Source: Escherichia phage P1. From it: DNA of 64,000 bases. Shown here one piece after another: positions 63,984 through 64,000 of this stretch. The stretch lies in the sequence record OP279344.1; one strand, 5' to 3'. The notes beneath the pieces were generated by a model. That model did no database searches, was not told the DNA's origin, and saw only the letters and a list, made by a program, of their open reading frames with translations. The number at the start of each line of letters is the position of its first letter. The first letter of the stretch is position 1. A program made the position numbers and the translations under genes.

Positions 63984-64000
63984 ATAACTTCGTATAGCAT
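63984..64000. other. loxP, left arm and start of spacer (site truncated by the window end)
   Basis: ATAACTTCGTATA + GCAT matches the 13-bp loxP arm and the first 4 nt of the spacer. Confidence 0.7.

Overview
The window reads as one contiguous segment of a P1-family temperate phage-plasmid of Enterobacteriaceae, collinear with the phage P1 map as I remember it. No database search was possible: every call rests on reading motifs in the supplied translations and on recalled P1 organisation, and hand-counted site coordinates may be off by 1-2 nt. Left to right: DarA-like/Hdf-like head-internal proteins and holin-like lysis genes (1-2609, minus strand); the cin invertase with the invertible tail-fibre C-segment (2737-7568: about 610-bp inverted repeats, Sv'/U' silent on the plus strand, U and S expressed on the minus strand); tail, baseplate and Sit transglycosylase genes (8928-17651); an AT-rich operon of three secreted proteins (sim-like, 17861-19118); immunity region I (C1 operator, c4 region, icd, ant1/ant2); kilA-repL; an AT-rich DUF3800-type two-gene module (22815-23983); tube-like, sheath and capsid genes; parS-parB-parA; the repA plasmid replicon with incA/incC iterons and oriR; a spanin-like overlapped pair and a PAAR-like protein; uhr-hrdC-dmt; tRNA-Asn, tRNA-Thr, an array of tRNA-like hairpin repeats, tciABC, tRNA-Ile; ban; a baseplate block; an accessory block with glycosyltransferase-like genes, two phosphatases and a VRR-NUC nuclease; phd-doc; lpa; pacA (with pac site) and pacB; c1 and coi; and the first arm of loxP at the right edge. 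At least ten C1-operator-like 17-mers (ATTGCTCTAATAAATTT) are scattered through the window. The most notable observations are: (1) a 341-aa intein carrying a LAGLIDADG homing endonuclease, inserted exactly at the catalytic PCQ motif of the Dmt methyltransferase; (2) the c1 repressor, whose Shine-Dalgarno-preceded ATG is one nucleotide out of frame with the repressor body; (3) four tRNA-like hairpin repeats after tRNA-Thr; (4) the AT-rich DUF3800-type and secreted-protein modules; (5) a cluster of sugar-transferase-like genes and phosphatases. I found no rRNA, CRISPR array, transposase or integrase.
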